Virus record (IMG/VR): IMGVR_UViG_3300036546_000172
Span: 32,001 to 96,000 of that record
DNA: 64,000 nucleotides
Source: a virus
Taxonomy: Duplodnaviria > Caudoviricetes
Direction: 5' to 3' (one strand)
Positions 40,286 to 49,579 of this stretch are shown one piece after another; within the stretch, counting starts at the first letter, position 1; every line of letters begins with the position of its first letter. A program made the translations under genes and the position numbers. Under the pieces are notes generated by a model, which saw nothing but the letters and a program-made list of their open reading frames with translations, ran no database searches and was not told the DNA's origin.

Positions 40286-40749
40286 TGAGTGATAGAGCGG
40301 AGTTTGAGAAGTATTTTCGGCGACCCGACGGTGTGTTTTGGGATAATGAATTTTGCCGGTATGAAGCTAATGAAATGGAGTATGAGCTTGACGCAGATGA
40401 GTATAATACGATGTGTCAGGTCTGGGAAGCTGCTTGTGCCCAAAGTAGGCAGGATGTGGAGCGGGTGACAAACGACCGTAGAGCTTTCTGGCAAGAGCTT
40501 CAGTCGTTCGTTGATGACTATGTAAGCGGCTACGAATTTCAGGGAGACGGTGACTATACGCCAAACGAAAAAGAGCAGTTCTTGATTGAGGATTACGTAG
40601 CCGGACTGCTGTATGAGTTGCGTCAGGAGGGTTATTTCTACGCCCAACCTCAGCTACAAGGTCAGCAAGGGAGTGTGTCGGATTACGTAAACAAGGCATT
40701 TCAGAGACTCATTGAGAATGGTGGCAACCTTGGTCCAGCAAGCAGATAA
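40285..40749 (+). CDS. Island protein, probably frameshifted near its end
   Basis: MSDRAEFEK...; a family-type tail LTTPQPEGG continues in another frame to about 40831. Confidence 0.6.
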   Translation: MSDRAEFEKYFRRPDGVFWDNEFCRYEANEMEYELDADEYNTMCQVWEAACAQSRQDVERVTNDRRAFWQELQSFVDDYVSGYEFQGDGDYTPNEKEQFLIEDYVAGLLYELRQEGYFYAQPQLQGQQGSVSDYVNKAFQRLIENGGNLGPASR

Positions 40750-40820
40750 AGACGCTTTGGTAGTTGTTCAATACCGGCGTGAGTTCCTTACCACACCCCA
40801 GCCAGAGGGAGGCCATAACA

Positions 40821-40928
40821 ATGAGCATTAAGTGCAAGCCATTAGATATACATCTCCTTCAAAGCCTTCTGGCTTACGATCCGGTTACCAGTCTCAAGTG
40901 CCCACAACCACCACAGGAGGGTGAGTGA
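40821..40928 (+). pseudogene. Truncated HNH-endonuclease-like N-terminus fused to a linker repeat
   Basis: MSIKCKPLDIHLLQSLLAYDPVTSLKCPQPPQEGE*; LL.YDP.T resembles phage HNH N-termini. Confidence 0.4.
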
Positions 40929-41188
40929 TGGCAAAGGCAATAGCGCGACTCTGCGATATGAGAGAAGGCAAGGCCCTTCAGTTATTCGTTGAAGACGATG
41001 GCGATGTGATCGTGTCCGTTATCCCAGAGGATGGGATCTATGCAAGAGGCGTCCAATTCTGCGTTTCTGGATCTCAGTCACGCCGCACGGTTCGTGCATT
41101 ACATGAGCTTTTCGAGGCGATGGCCGAAGACGAGAAATCACTGCCCCATGGCGTTGGCATGAGGTTGGAGGACGAAGGCGATGAGTGA
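40928..41188 (+). CDS. Hypothetical island protein
   Basis: TGATG coupling, RBS GGAGG. Confidence 0.6.
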   Translation: MAKAIARLCDMREGKALQLFVEDDGDVIVSVIPEDGIYARGVQFCVSGSQSRRTVRALHELFEAMAEDEKSLPHGVGMRLEDEGDE

Positions 41189-41450
41189 TGTGAGAGATGC
41201 GTTTGAGAAGTGGTACGTAAACAACTTTAATAGAAGGCCGACAGAAGTTGGTTATGAAACTGATATCTGCTGGCAGGCATGGCAAGCCGCCCGCGCCAAG
41301 AAAGTGCGTGTACCGGAGGGATGGAAGTTGGTGCCGGTTGAGCCAGATGAGTATATGCGTAATGCTGGAGTAAGTGCATTTTGTGGGGGTGGGAAGGTGT
41401 TTCAGGCCATGGTCAATGCCGCCCCACAACCACCACAGGAGGGCGAGTGA
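41181..41450 (+). CDS. Hypothetical island protein (Eaa/Ea22-like linkers)
   Basis: AFEKW...WQAARA...VPEGWKLVPVEP..M...AAPQPP. Confidence 0.65.
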   Translation: MSDVRDAFEKWYVNNFNRRPTEVGYETDICWQAWQAARAKKVRVPEGWKLVPVEPDEYMRNAGVSAFCGGGKVFQAMVNAAPQPPQEGE

Positions 41451-41641
41451 TGATTTCAGCGTACATCCCGAAGGTGGGTGATCCGTGCGAAATACGGAGT
41501 AACGGGGTCAAGTGGAGGTCATCTTGGGTCAAAGTGCAGTTGTTGTTTGCGACGGATCAGATTTTTGTTTTTGAACTCGCAGCGTCAGGAAATCATTTTT
41601 GCGTGAGACTTGGCGAAGTTGAGATTCGAGAACCACAGTAG
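41450..41641 (+). CDS. Hypothetical island protein
   Basis: TGATG coupling; P.VGD.CE motif. Confidence 0.5.
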   Translation: MISAYIPKVGDPCEIRSNGVKWRSSWVKVQLLFATDQIFVFELAASGNHFCVRLGEVEIREPQ

Positions 41642-41651
41642 GACTCAAGTG

Positions 41652-42206
41652 ATGAGTGATAGAGAAGAGTTTGAGGAGTTTGCAAAAGACAGGGGATTGA
41701 GTATTGGTAAGCTGCCGCACGGCGACTACCGACTGTTTAGCACTGGTGAAGCATACGCAGCATGGCAAGCCGCCCGCGCCCAGTGTGGACAGGGAGTGGA
41801 GCCGGTGGCGTGGTGGAACGGCTTCGGCCTACTAACGCGGCACGAAGAGCTGCCGGTTAATCACAGATGGGCCAAAATAATCCCCCTCTACACCCACCCC
41901 CAGCCGGTCGTGCCGGATAAGAAGCCTTTGCCTGATCTGTTTATGGCCTCGTACCACGAGGCTATAGGCTGGAATGCTTGTGTAGACGCGATACTCACCG
42001 CCGCCCAAAGTGGGCAGGGTGTGGAGCCGGTAGAGTTTCAAGACTACGACGCGGGAATGCTTAATGATTGGGGTGGAGGAAATGTGTCTTGGTGGCTGGA
42101 CTATTTGAGGGCCGAGATAGATAGAGCCAACAACCACTGGCGGGAACAGACCGGCCCTCTACCTCTCTACACCCAATCCCAGCCGCCCAAGTCGAAGGAG
42201 GATTGA
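41652..42206 (+). CDS. Hypothetical island protein (Eaa/Ea22-like mosaic)
   Basis: MSDREEFE...WQAARA..EPVAW...PLYT.PQP...GWNAC...EPV...PLYT. Confidence 0.65.
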   Translation: MSDREEFEEFAKDRGLSIGKLPHGDYRLFSTGEAYAAWQAARAQCGQGVEPVAWWNGFGLLTRHEELPVNHRWAKIIPLYTHPQPVVPDKKPLPDLFMASYHEAIGWNACVDAILTAAQSGQGVEPVEFQDYDAGMLNDWGGGNVSWWLDYLRAEIDRANNHWREQTGPLPLYTQSQPPKSKED

Positions 42207-42415
42207 TTATGTGGGACCACAGGTACAGACAACTGGAAGAAGGCGAAACTGTGCAGGAAGGCGACGAGGTAGAGATAAGTAATGATGGATGGCGCGATCC
42301 GCCGAAGTGGGTGAAGGCTACCGGAAGTATCGGGCACAAAGCTCCCTGCCCACATTATCCGTCACACCGCAAGTTTCGCAGGCTTAAATCTAAAGAGGAC
42401 CGCGACCATGGGTGA
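42203..42415 (+). CDS. Hypothetical island protein
   Basis: YR.L.EGE.VQEGDE; RBS GGAGG. Confidence 0.55.
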   Translation: MIMWDHRYRQLEEGETVQEGDEVEISNDGWRDPPKWVKATGSIGHKAPCPHYPSHRKFRRLKSKEDRDHG

Positions 42416-42689
42416 TCCAGTAATCCGGCGAGTGCGCCGGTCAATCGACGAAGCCAAAAACCGTGGCGGGATGCAGGCAGGAATGCCCAAGGTGACTATT
42501 GATGCAGGTGATGCCGAACGGCTATGCATTGTGACGGAAGCCCTCACCACTACCCAAGCCGAAAACAAGGCGTTGCGGGAGGCTTTGGAAGACGCCTTAG
42601 AGGCATGGAATTACGGGGAGTCGGTTAACCAGACTGACGCTTACGTAAAGGCCCGCGACCTGTTAATAGAGCTGGAGAAAGGATCATGA
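42408..42689 (+). CDS. Hypothetical island protein
   Basis: EN.ALREALE coiled segment; coupled. Confidence 0.55.
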   Translation: MGDPVIRRVRRSIDEAKNRGGMQAGMPKVTIDAGDAERLCIVTEALTTTQAENKALREALEDALEAWNYGESVNQTDAYVKARDLLIELEKGS

Positions 42690-43429
42690 GTGACAAAACA
42701 GAGTTTGAGAAGCGACTTTCGGTGCCTGAAGACGCTACCTGGAGCGAGAAGAAACAGGGCTACTACTGGAGCAACTATCCGACCGTAGCGCACCCGTTCA
42801 ATGATGACTGGTAAGTGTGGCAGGAGGCACTGGAGTATGTTCGTGATCAGCAGTGGGTGCCATCTGGAATTGATTACGATCGGGCAATTCATCATAACCC
42901 TGACGCAAAAGCATGGGCCGACCTTTTCATGCAGACGTTCCCTCATTGCGGAGCCGATCCTGAGACAATGCACGGCTGGTTTGCCAATTCCATGATGGCG
43001 ATGTATGACCACCTGAAAAACAATCAACCCGCCCAGCAAGGGAGTGTGCCGGATGTAGGTTCGATGGCTGAAGTGCTTGGCGAGTGGGTGCGGAACACTA
43101 CAGGCACCGCTCTTACGCATGTAACCCTTGTTGACATGGTTCGCGTAATGCTTGCCACCACCGCGCCCCAGCCAGGGAGTGATGGCAATAAGCGTCATTG
43201 GTACGCCCTCAGCTACCGAGGCAGAGACCGGGAATCCGGATACACTGCCGACGCAGTTACATATACCGGTTACCCGGAGAATGCTCTGACATTAGCAAGG
43301 ATCCAGGCCGCAAAGGCTGACGCTGGTGTTGACGACAAGGCCGTTCTCGTTTGTGCAACCTACCTCGGGCACATGACCAAAGAGGAGTTCACCGCACAAC
43401 CACCACGGGAGGGCGAAGGTGATGAGTGA
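42686..43429 (+). pseudogene. Island gene with in-frame premature stop (TAA 42812-42814)
   Basis: MSDKTEFEK...NDDW*VWQEA... continues in frame into the 42815 ORF. Confidence 0.7.
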
Positions 43430-43898
43430 TTTTAAGAGCTGCGATGAGCTGGTTGAACACTTTGATAACCACACAAAGTACCTAATTGACAGCGACACAT
43501 ACGACATGATCCGTTTTGCATGGGAAGAGGCAAGCTCTGCGGTGCGGGACGAGATTAAAGCCGATCTTGAGCAGACTCAAGCAAGGGTGGCGGAGTTGGA
43601 GTCGATTCTTATCAGGCAACAATGTGAATATGTGAAAGGCCCTGACGGCTTTGAGACATGGAGAGATGCCGCGGTTTCGGAGAGGGCTTGGAGGGTATCA
43701 ATGAAGCCTCTTAATGAAGTTGTAGACCTTGCGCGCGAAGCGATGGACATATTCACCGGACCAAACATGAACGAAAGAAAGCTTTGCGCCGAACTGGTCA
43801 GACTGGATGAATTTTACACCAGAGAGGCTCAGCGCCTCCGTCAACAAGCCGACGAACTAGAGCAACACCCGGATGGTGATGTGCGTCGGAAATGCTAA
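43422..43898 (+). CDS. Hypothetical island protein
   Basis: MSD start after a linker repeat, ARVAELE, EAQRLRQQA. Confidence 0.6.
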   Translation: MSDFKSCDELVEHFDNHTKYLIDSDTYDMIRFAWEEASSAVRDEIKADLEQTQARVAELESILIRQQCEYVKGPDGFETWRDAAVSERAWRVSMKPLNEVVDLAREAMDIFTGPNMNERKLCAELVRLDEFYTREAQRLRQQADELEQHPDGDVRRKC

Positions 43899-43990
43899 CC
43901 TTTCCGAGAAAGACATTTACTACTTTGCTTAGAGATGTCACCAATATCTACCGCCAAGTCGATGAAATTGAAAAATATGAGAGGTTAAAA

Positions 43991-44497
43991 ATGAGTTGTA
44001 TTTGGCTGTGTTCTGATTGGCATCTCGGGCATCAAGGTATATCAAAGAAGTTCCGTACTCAGTTCAGTTCTGATGAAGATCACGATCAATTTTTCGTTGA
44101 TGCTTATCACCAAGCTGGTGTCAAGAAACGAGACATAATCTTTATGCTCGGTGATATGGTGATCACTCAACGTGGATTCGATAGCTTGAGTCAGCTACAC
44201 GGTGACAAGAGGATCATTCTAGGTAATCACGACCTGGAACGAGGGTGCAGTCTTGAACAGTTTCAACAACACTTCACTCAAATTCACGGAGCTTTGAAAT
44301 ACAAAGAGTTCTGGATGACTCATATTCCTATTCATCCGAACGAGCTCTTTGGTAAGATTAATCTTCACGGACACGTACACAACAAAACGGTTCAGGATGA
44401 GCGGTATATTAATCTTTGCCCTGAATTCTTAATGGAAGAGTTCGGAACACCGATCATCAAACTACAAGATCTTAGACAATGGTTGAGAACAAGATGA
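43991..44497 (+). CDS. Calcineurin-like metallophosphoesterase
   Basis: SDWHLGH, LGD, GNHD, HIP, NLHGHVH; ATG 43991 follows GAGG. Confidence 0.88.
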   Translation: MSCIWLCSDWHLGHQGISKKFRTQFSSDEDHDQFFVDAYHQAGVKKRDIIFMLGDMVITQRGFDSLSQLHGDKRIILGNHDLERGCSLEQFQQHFTQIHGALKYKEFWMTHIPIHPNELFGKINLHGHVHNKTVQDERYINLCPEFLMEEFGTPIIKLQDLRQWLRTR

Positions 44498-44961
44498 GAA
44501 TTTGGATAGATACAGAGTTCAACGGGTTTGGCGGTAAGCTGTTATCCATTGCGCTCGTGGCAGAAGATCAGTCGTATTTGTATGAAGTACTTCCTGCTGC
44601 TATGGAAGAATGTGTTGAATGGGTACAAGAGAACGTGCTGCCTCAGATTAAAGCCGATCCTGAAGGAGGTGAAATAGAATTCTATACTCCGTTGATCACA
44701 GTTAAACACAAGATCTCTGAATTCTTATGCAAATATGACCACGTAGAGATCATTGCTGACTGGCCAGATGATATTCGATATCTGATGGAGCTGCTCATCG
44801 TTGGTCCTGGACTGGCTGTGTCTACTCCTACTATAATGAATCTAACCATAGATCGATCATTGAACGGTCTGTCAATGCTGCCTCATCATGCCTATTTCGA
44901 TGCTGTAGGTAACATGATGCAACAACTGAATAACGAATACGGAACAAAACCTTATGTGTGA
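44494..44961 (+). CDS. DEDDh 3'-5' exonuclease-like protein
   Basis: IDTEF, LLSIALV, WV.ENVLP, ADW..D, HHA..DA. Confidence 0.8.
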   Translation: MRIWIDTEFNGFGGKLLSIALVAEDQSYLYEVLPAAMEECVEWVQENVLPQIKADPEGGEIEFYTPLITVKHKISEFLCKYDHVEIIADWPDDIRYLMELLIVGPGLAVSTPTIMNLTIDRSLNGLSMLPHHAYFDAVGNMMQQLNNEYGTKPYV

Positions 44962-46027
44962 TAGGATCTTAGTACTTGGAGATATTCATATTGGAGCTAG
45001 AAACAGCTCGCACGTATTTCGTGAATTGTTTCGCAGCTACTTTCGAGATTGTGTGTTTCCATCAGTCAAAGAACGTAAGATTAAGAAGATCATTCAACTG
45101 GGCGACTTTTTCGACAATCGCAACAGCGTGTCTCTGCATGACATCGACTATGTGTTGCGTGAATTCTTGCCTCAGCTTGAAGAGACAGGCGCACACATGT
45201 ACGTTCTGGCTGGCAATCACGACGTAGCCTTCAAGAACACCAACCGCGTACATTCTCTGTCTATTCTCGAAACATCTCCTAGTGTCACGATTGTTCATGA
45301 CCATGTAGAATCGATCCGTACTGAGTCTAAGACGTTCGTTCTATGTCCGTGGATCAACAACGAGAATGAAGAGCAGTTGATGGAGGACTTGAAGGCGTAC
45401 GCTACGAAGAATCACATCTTGTGTGGTCACTTTGAGTTCGAAGGCATGCGCATGAACAAGACATCCAAACCATGCGAACATGGACTTAATCCAAAAGACT
45501 TTAAGAAATACGATCGTGTGATCAGCGGTCACTTCCATCATCCGTCTACGTATGGTAATGTAAGCTACATGGGATCGGTGTTTCATCTGACGTGGCAAGA
45601 TCACGACGATTCCAAGTTCATCTACATCTATGATACTAACACCGATGAGTTCGAACCGATTGAGAATCCGTACTCGCTCTATACTCAGATTGATTATCAC
45701 GAGTGTAACATGACCGACGATGAGCTGTCTGATGAATGTCGTGGTAAGTTTGTACGCATCATCATAGATCAAGAGTACAAGCGCGTGGAGCTCAAGGATC
45801 TGATTCATCGTATTGAGAAGGTCAAGCCTCTGTCTGTAGATGTCATTGATAACACGATCCTAGATGTACAAGTTAATGATACCTCAGAGGTTGAACTATC
45901 TGACTCTAAGGATATCAAAGACTACGTGGATGAGTTCTTAAAAGACTCTGAGAGTAAAAGCACTCTGGTATCTATGTTCGATGAGATCTATACTGAAGCT
46001 CAGCAACGTATGAAAGAGATTGAATAA
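44954..46027 (+). CDS. gp47: Recombination nuclease gp47 (Mre11-like)
   Basis: GD.H.G.R, LGD.FDNR, GNHD, PWIN, GHFE, SGHFH. Confidence 0.93.
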   Translation: MCDRILVLGDIHIGARNSSHVFRELFRSYFRDCVFPSVKERKIKKIIQLGDFFDNRNSVSLHDIDYVLREFLPQLEETGAHMYVLAGNHDVAFKNTNRVHSLSILETSPSVTIVHDHVESIRTESKTFVLCPWINNENEEQLMEDLKAYATKNHILCGHFEFEGMRMNKTSKPCEHGLNPKDFKKYDRVISGHFHHPSTYGNVSYMGSVFHLTWQDHDDSKFIYIYDTNTDEFEPIENPYSLYTQIDYHECNMTDDELSDECRGKFVRIIIDQEYKRVELKDLIHRIEKVKPLSVDVIDNTILDVQVNDTSEVELSDSKDIKDYVDEFLKDSESKSTLVSMFDEIYTEAQQRMKEIE

Positions 46028-47727
46028 TGCCTTATTTCACGTCATTAGAATACAAGAACATCCAGAGCGTCGGTAATCACCCAGTTAAGATTCAACTGGA
46101 TCGCAGCCCCAATACGCTAATAGGCGGTCCTAACGGAGCGGGAAAAAGCACCATGCTTTACGCGTTCGCCTACTCATTATTCGGTAAGTTTCCATCAGGT
46201 GCTAAACTGGCTGATGCGATCAACAGCGTCAATAAGAAGAATCTGCTGGTGACTATAGAGTTCTCCGAGCGTGGAGATAATTACCGTGTCGTCCGAGGTG
46301 AGAAGCCCAAGAAGTTCGAGATCTATAAGAACGATGAGCTTGTAGATCAACAGGCTAACTCACGTGATCAACAGAAGATGCTTGAAATCATACTGGGCAT
46401 GGACTACAAGACGTTCACTCAGATCGTCATGCTCAATAAAGAACGGTACGTTCCGTTCATGGAGATGAACGCAGCCGAACGACGGAAGGTGATCGAGGAT
46501 ATACTAGGCATCTCTATCTTCTCAGAGATGAATGAGGTGTTGAAAGTTAGGCTCAAAGATAGCCAAAGAGAGTTGGCTAACATCGAGCGTCAAATCGAGG
46601 TTAAGACTACTGAGCTTCAAGGTCAACAGAGACTGGTCAATCAGATTCAAGACAGCATGAAGGTTGCGTCTGCTAATAACCAGACTAAAATAGATGAGCT
46701 CAAGGTCAGTATCGTCGATCTGAAGCAGCAGAAGCAAGATCTAGAATCACAACTCAGTAAGCTATCTACTGACGGTCATGACAGCATTAAGAAGCAGAAA
46801 CGTGAATTTGAGACTCTAGCTATACAATTTGAGCAGAAGATCAACAATGCTAAGAAGAACTCATCGTTCTTTGAGCTGAACGATCACTGTCCTACGTGTG
46901 GTCAAGATATTGATGATGCGTTAAAGCATGATAAGAAGCATGAGTGTGATATCGAGGTTCAAAAGATACAGGACGTAGTAGCTGAGATGATGGTCGAGCT
47001 TGAATCTGTGATCAAGCAGGATGCTCATTACAAAGACATCATCGAACATCAACAGAAGATCAATACTGAGCTGAACAGTATCAATTTTGAAATACGATCG
47101 GTTACGTCACAGTTAAACAGCTATTTGAAAGAAAGCACATCTATTGATCAGCAAGAAAAACTTGATGAGGCTGTGTCAGAGTACAACAGCCTTGAATCGC
47201 ACATCAGTGAACTGAGACAGCATTATACTGATAGTGATAAGCAGAACGACGTACTGGAGTCTATGAAGGCTGTATTAAAGGATGATGGTGTAAAGGCGAT
47301 CATTATCCAAGAGTATATGGCTCTGATGAATCGTAAGGTTAATGAATATCTTCAAGCTATGAACTTCTATATCAATATGACACTTGATGAGAACTTCAAA
47401 GAGACGTTCGGTGCCATGCATAAAGAGAAGTTCACGATGAACAATCTATCCACGGGACAGAAAGCTCGTGTCAACATAGCGATATGGTTGGCGTTGCTTG
47501 AGGTGGCTGCGATCAAGAACAGTGTGGTCTCTAACGTAATCCTAATGGATGAGATTCTCGAGAACGTAGACTCTGAAGGGGTCAAAGATGTGATGAACCT
47601 ATTCAAGGAGAAACTCAGTGACAAGAACATCTTCTTGATCACTCAGCGCTTTGATGAGTTTGAAGATCTGTTCAGGTCATCTATTAAGTTCAAACTGAAC
47701 CAAGGCTTCACAGAGATGTGTAACTGA
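46027..47727 (+). CDS. gp46: Recombination ATPase gp46 (Rad50-like)
   Basis: G.NGAGKST, CPTC hook, LSTGQK, MDE. Confidence 0.95.
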   Translation: MPYFTSLEYKNIQSVGNHPVKIQLDRSPNTLIGGPNGAGKSTMLYAFAYSLFGKFPSGAKLADAINSVNKKNLLVTIEFSERGDNYRVVRGEKPKKFEIYKNDELVDQQANSRDQQKMLEIILGMDYKTFTQIVMLNKERYVPFMEMNAAERRKVIEDILGISIFSEMNEVLKVRLKDSQRELANIERQIEVKTTELQGQQRLVNQIQDSMKVASANNQTKIDELKVSIVDLKQQKQDLESQLSKLSTDGHDSIKKQKREFETLAIQFEQKINNAKKNSSFFELNDHCPTCGQDIDDALKHDKKHECDIEVQKIQDVVAEMMVELESVIKQDAHYKDIIEHQQKINTELNSINFEIRSVTSQLNSYLKESTSIDQQEKLDEAVSEYNSLESHISELRQHYTDSDKQNDVLESMKAVLKDDGVKAIIIQEYMALMNRKVNEYLQAMNFYINMTLDENFKETFGAMHKEKFTMNNLSTGQKARVNIAIWLALLEVAAIKNSVVSNVILMDEILENVDSEGVKDVMNLFKEKLSDKNIFLITQRFDEFEDLFRSSIKFKLNQGFTEMCN

Positions 47728-47734
47728 CGTCGAG

Positions 47735-47763
47735 TTGATTTAAAGTTGTTATCTATATACAAT
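47735..47763 (+). promoter_or_regulatory. Sigma70-type promoter for the RNA repair operon
   Basis: TTGATT-17 bp-TACAAT. Confidence 0.7.
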
Positions 47764-47794
47764 GAAAACACTATTCATTATTTGAGGTTATATC

Positions 47795-49051
47795 ATGGAT
47801 TCTTATAGACAAGCTCTTCAGTACTGCCGAGATGGTTTGTTAAAAATGACAGACGATGGCGAGGGTCATCGTCTGTTCTGCTACACCAAGTCTTGCTTTT
47901 TTGGTAAAGATACATGGGACGATGTCACTAAGACTCATCGCGGCAAGCTGTACTATGAGAACAAGCCCGTTAATCACCCATTCACTAAGATCTTTAACGT
48001 AGATGAAGTTACAGAGACTGAGCATAACCTCATCTACAATCGCATGCAGAATGAACCATACGAGATCCTAGATAAGGCTAATGGACATTTGTTCATAGTA
48101 TCGATGTTCCAGGACTCCAAAGGTGAGCAGCACGTGGTATTCTCTACCAAGGGCTCAATGCCGAACCCCGAGAACGATCTACTGAATGATGACATTCGTA
48201 TATTCGCTCACAAATACTCAGAACAACTGGATAAGCTGTGTTTTGTGATGCCTAATGTTACATTGATGTTTGAGGCTATCGTCGCTCATGATAAGCACTC
48301 AATGTATGATCTGCAGGTCGAGCAGTATGGATCTGAAAACGACTTTGTTCTGCTCGGTGCTGCAATCAACCTAGGACGCGAGCACATCGACCTCGGTAAC
48401 GAAGATGAGTTAAAGAACATCCAGCATTCAGAGCACAATACAACTACACTGGCTGACTATCCGTGGGTAGAAAGTGATTGGCACCAATTGTTGAAGCTAT
48501 CACATTTCATCGGTTGTCCTGTTGTCCATTGCTACGATTTCATTGAAGGCTCACCTGAGACCTGGAAAGAGCATACTGATCGTGAAGGTTATGTGATTCG
48601 TTTCCTGACAGATAACGCAAGAGTTAAGATCAAGACTACTGAATATTGGAAGAATCGATTCAAAAAAGATCTGACACCTGAGGTATTATTATCTACGTTC
48701 GCTAAAGGCGGAGCTGCATTGATGCAGGAGAAGATCGCTAACAAATGCATTGCTAAAATCGAAAGTTATTTCATCTCATGGTACATGGATGATCTGATTC
48801 GATGGAAATCTGAAGTGCTGCCATACCTGAAACAGAAGAACAATCAATTGTCATCTAAAGATCGCAAATGGCTGTTCACTGAATCCTACTTCTGCAGTTT
48901 CCAGCGTCAATACATTGCAGCGATAGTAGATGGTAAGAATCTGGATATCACACAGAACAAAACTCTGCGTCAGATGTTCGTAGATGATGTAGCTCTTGAG
49001 CGTGCAGATATCAAACAATCGCTTGAACAGATTGTAGTGAATGCTCTATAA
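47795..49051 (+). CDS. RNA ligase (Rnl1-like)
   Basis: RG...PF.KIFN, motif I DKANG, STKG, TLMFE, EGYVI, VKIKT..Y. Confidence 0.82.
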   Translation: MDSYRQALQYCRDGLLKMTDDGEGHRLFCYTKSCFFGKDTWDDVTKTHRGKLYYENKPVNHPFTKIFNVDEVTETEHNLIYNRMQNEPYEILDKANGHLFIVSMFQDSKGEQHVVFSTKGSMPNPENDLLNDDIRIFAHKYSEQLDKLCFVMPNVTLMFEAIVAHDKHSMYDLQVEQYGSENDFVLLGAAINLGREHIDLGNEDELKNIQHSEHNTTTLADYPWVESDWHQLLKLSHFIGCPVVHCYDFIEGSPETWKEHTDREGYVIRFLTDNARVKIKTTEYWKNRFKKDLTPEVLLSTFAKGGAALMQEKIANKCIAKIESYFISWYMDDLIRWKSEVLPYLKQKNNQLSSKDRKWLFTESYFCSFQRQYIAAIVDGKNLDITQNKTLRQMFVDDVALERADIKQSLEQIVVNAL

Positions 49052-49054
49052 TGA

Positions 49055-49579
49055 ATGAAACGTGAGGACATAACTATGATATTTTTAATGAGAGCTACCA
49101 CTTGTTCAGGCAAGAGCACATTCATTGCTCAAAACTTTCCTAATTCAAATGCAGTATTCTCATCAGATGATTTCCGTGAGATGCTGACCGGTGATAGGAC
49201 AAATCAGCAGTTCAATAAGCGAGTGTTTGAGATCATGCATTCGATTATTGACTTCCGTCTGCACAATCGAGCTGAATACACAGTGTATGATGCTACTAAT
49301 CTGCGCATTCGTGATGCTTCAATGATGATCGAATTGTCCAAGAAACATCAGATTCCATTGACGGTGATTTCAATCGAACCTCCTACACTGGATGAACTGA
49401 TCAGACGCAACCGCATTCGTAATAACGAGACTGGATTCAACGTACCTCAGAATGTGATAGAGAAGCATCTTCATCGATACTATGAGTGTATGGATCCTTT
49501 CTTGGAGGAGAGTAAAAATAATCTTCTGTTCAAGTTTATTGAGATAAACCAAGATCATGAGGTGATTCGTGAAGTATAG
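49055..49579 (+). CDS. Polynucleotide kinase-like P-loop protein
   Basis: CSGKST, SSDDFR, YDATN, RN..R...VP..VI. Confidence 0.82.
   Translation: MKREDITMIFLMRATTCSGKSTFIAQNFPNSNAVFSSDDFREMLTGDRTNQQFNKRVFEIMHSIIDFRLHNRAEYTVYDATNLRIRDASMMIELSKKHQIPLTVISIEPPTLDELIRRNRIRNNETGFNVPQNVIEKHLHRYYECMDPFLEESKNNLLFKFIEINQDHEVIREV

Larger units (their letters stand above)
40285..43898 (+). mobile_element. GC-rich island of small mosaic genes sharing linker repeats (temperate-phage-like)
   Basis: Abrupt change in composition; recurring MSD..EFE, WQAARA, GQGVEPV, QQGSV.D and PQPP.EGE segments with DNA-level repeats. Confidence 0.7.

Noticed and set aside
40285-43898. CRISPR array or DGR template/variable repeats
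   Set aside because: Repeats are of several types, irregularly spaced and protein-coding, with no adenine-specific variation and no cas or RT gene
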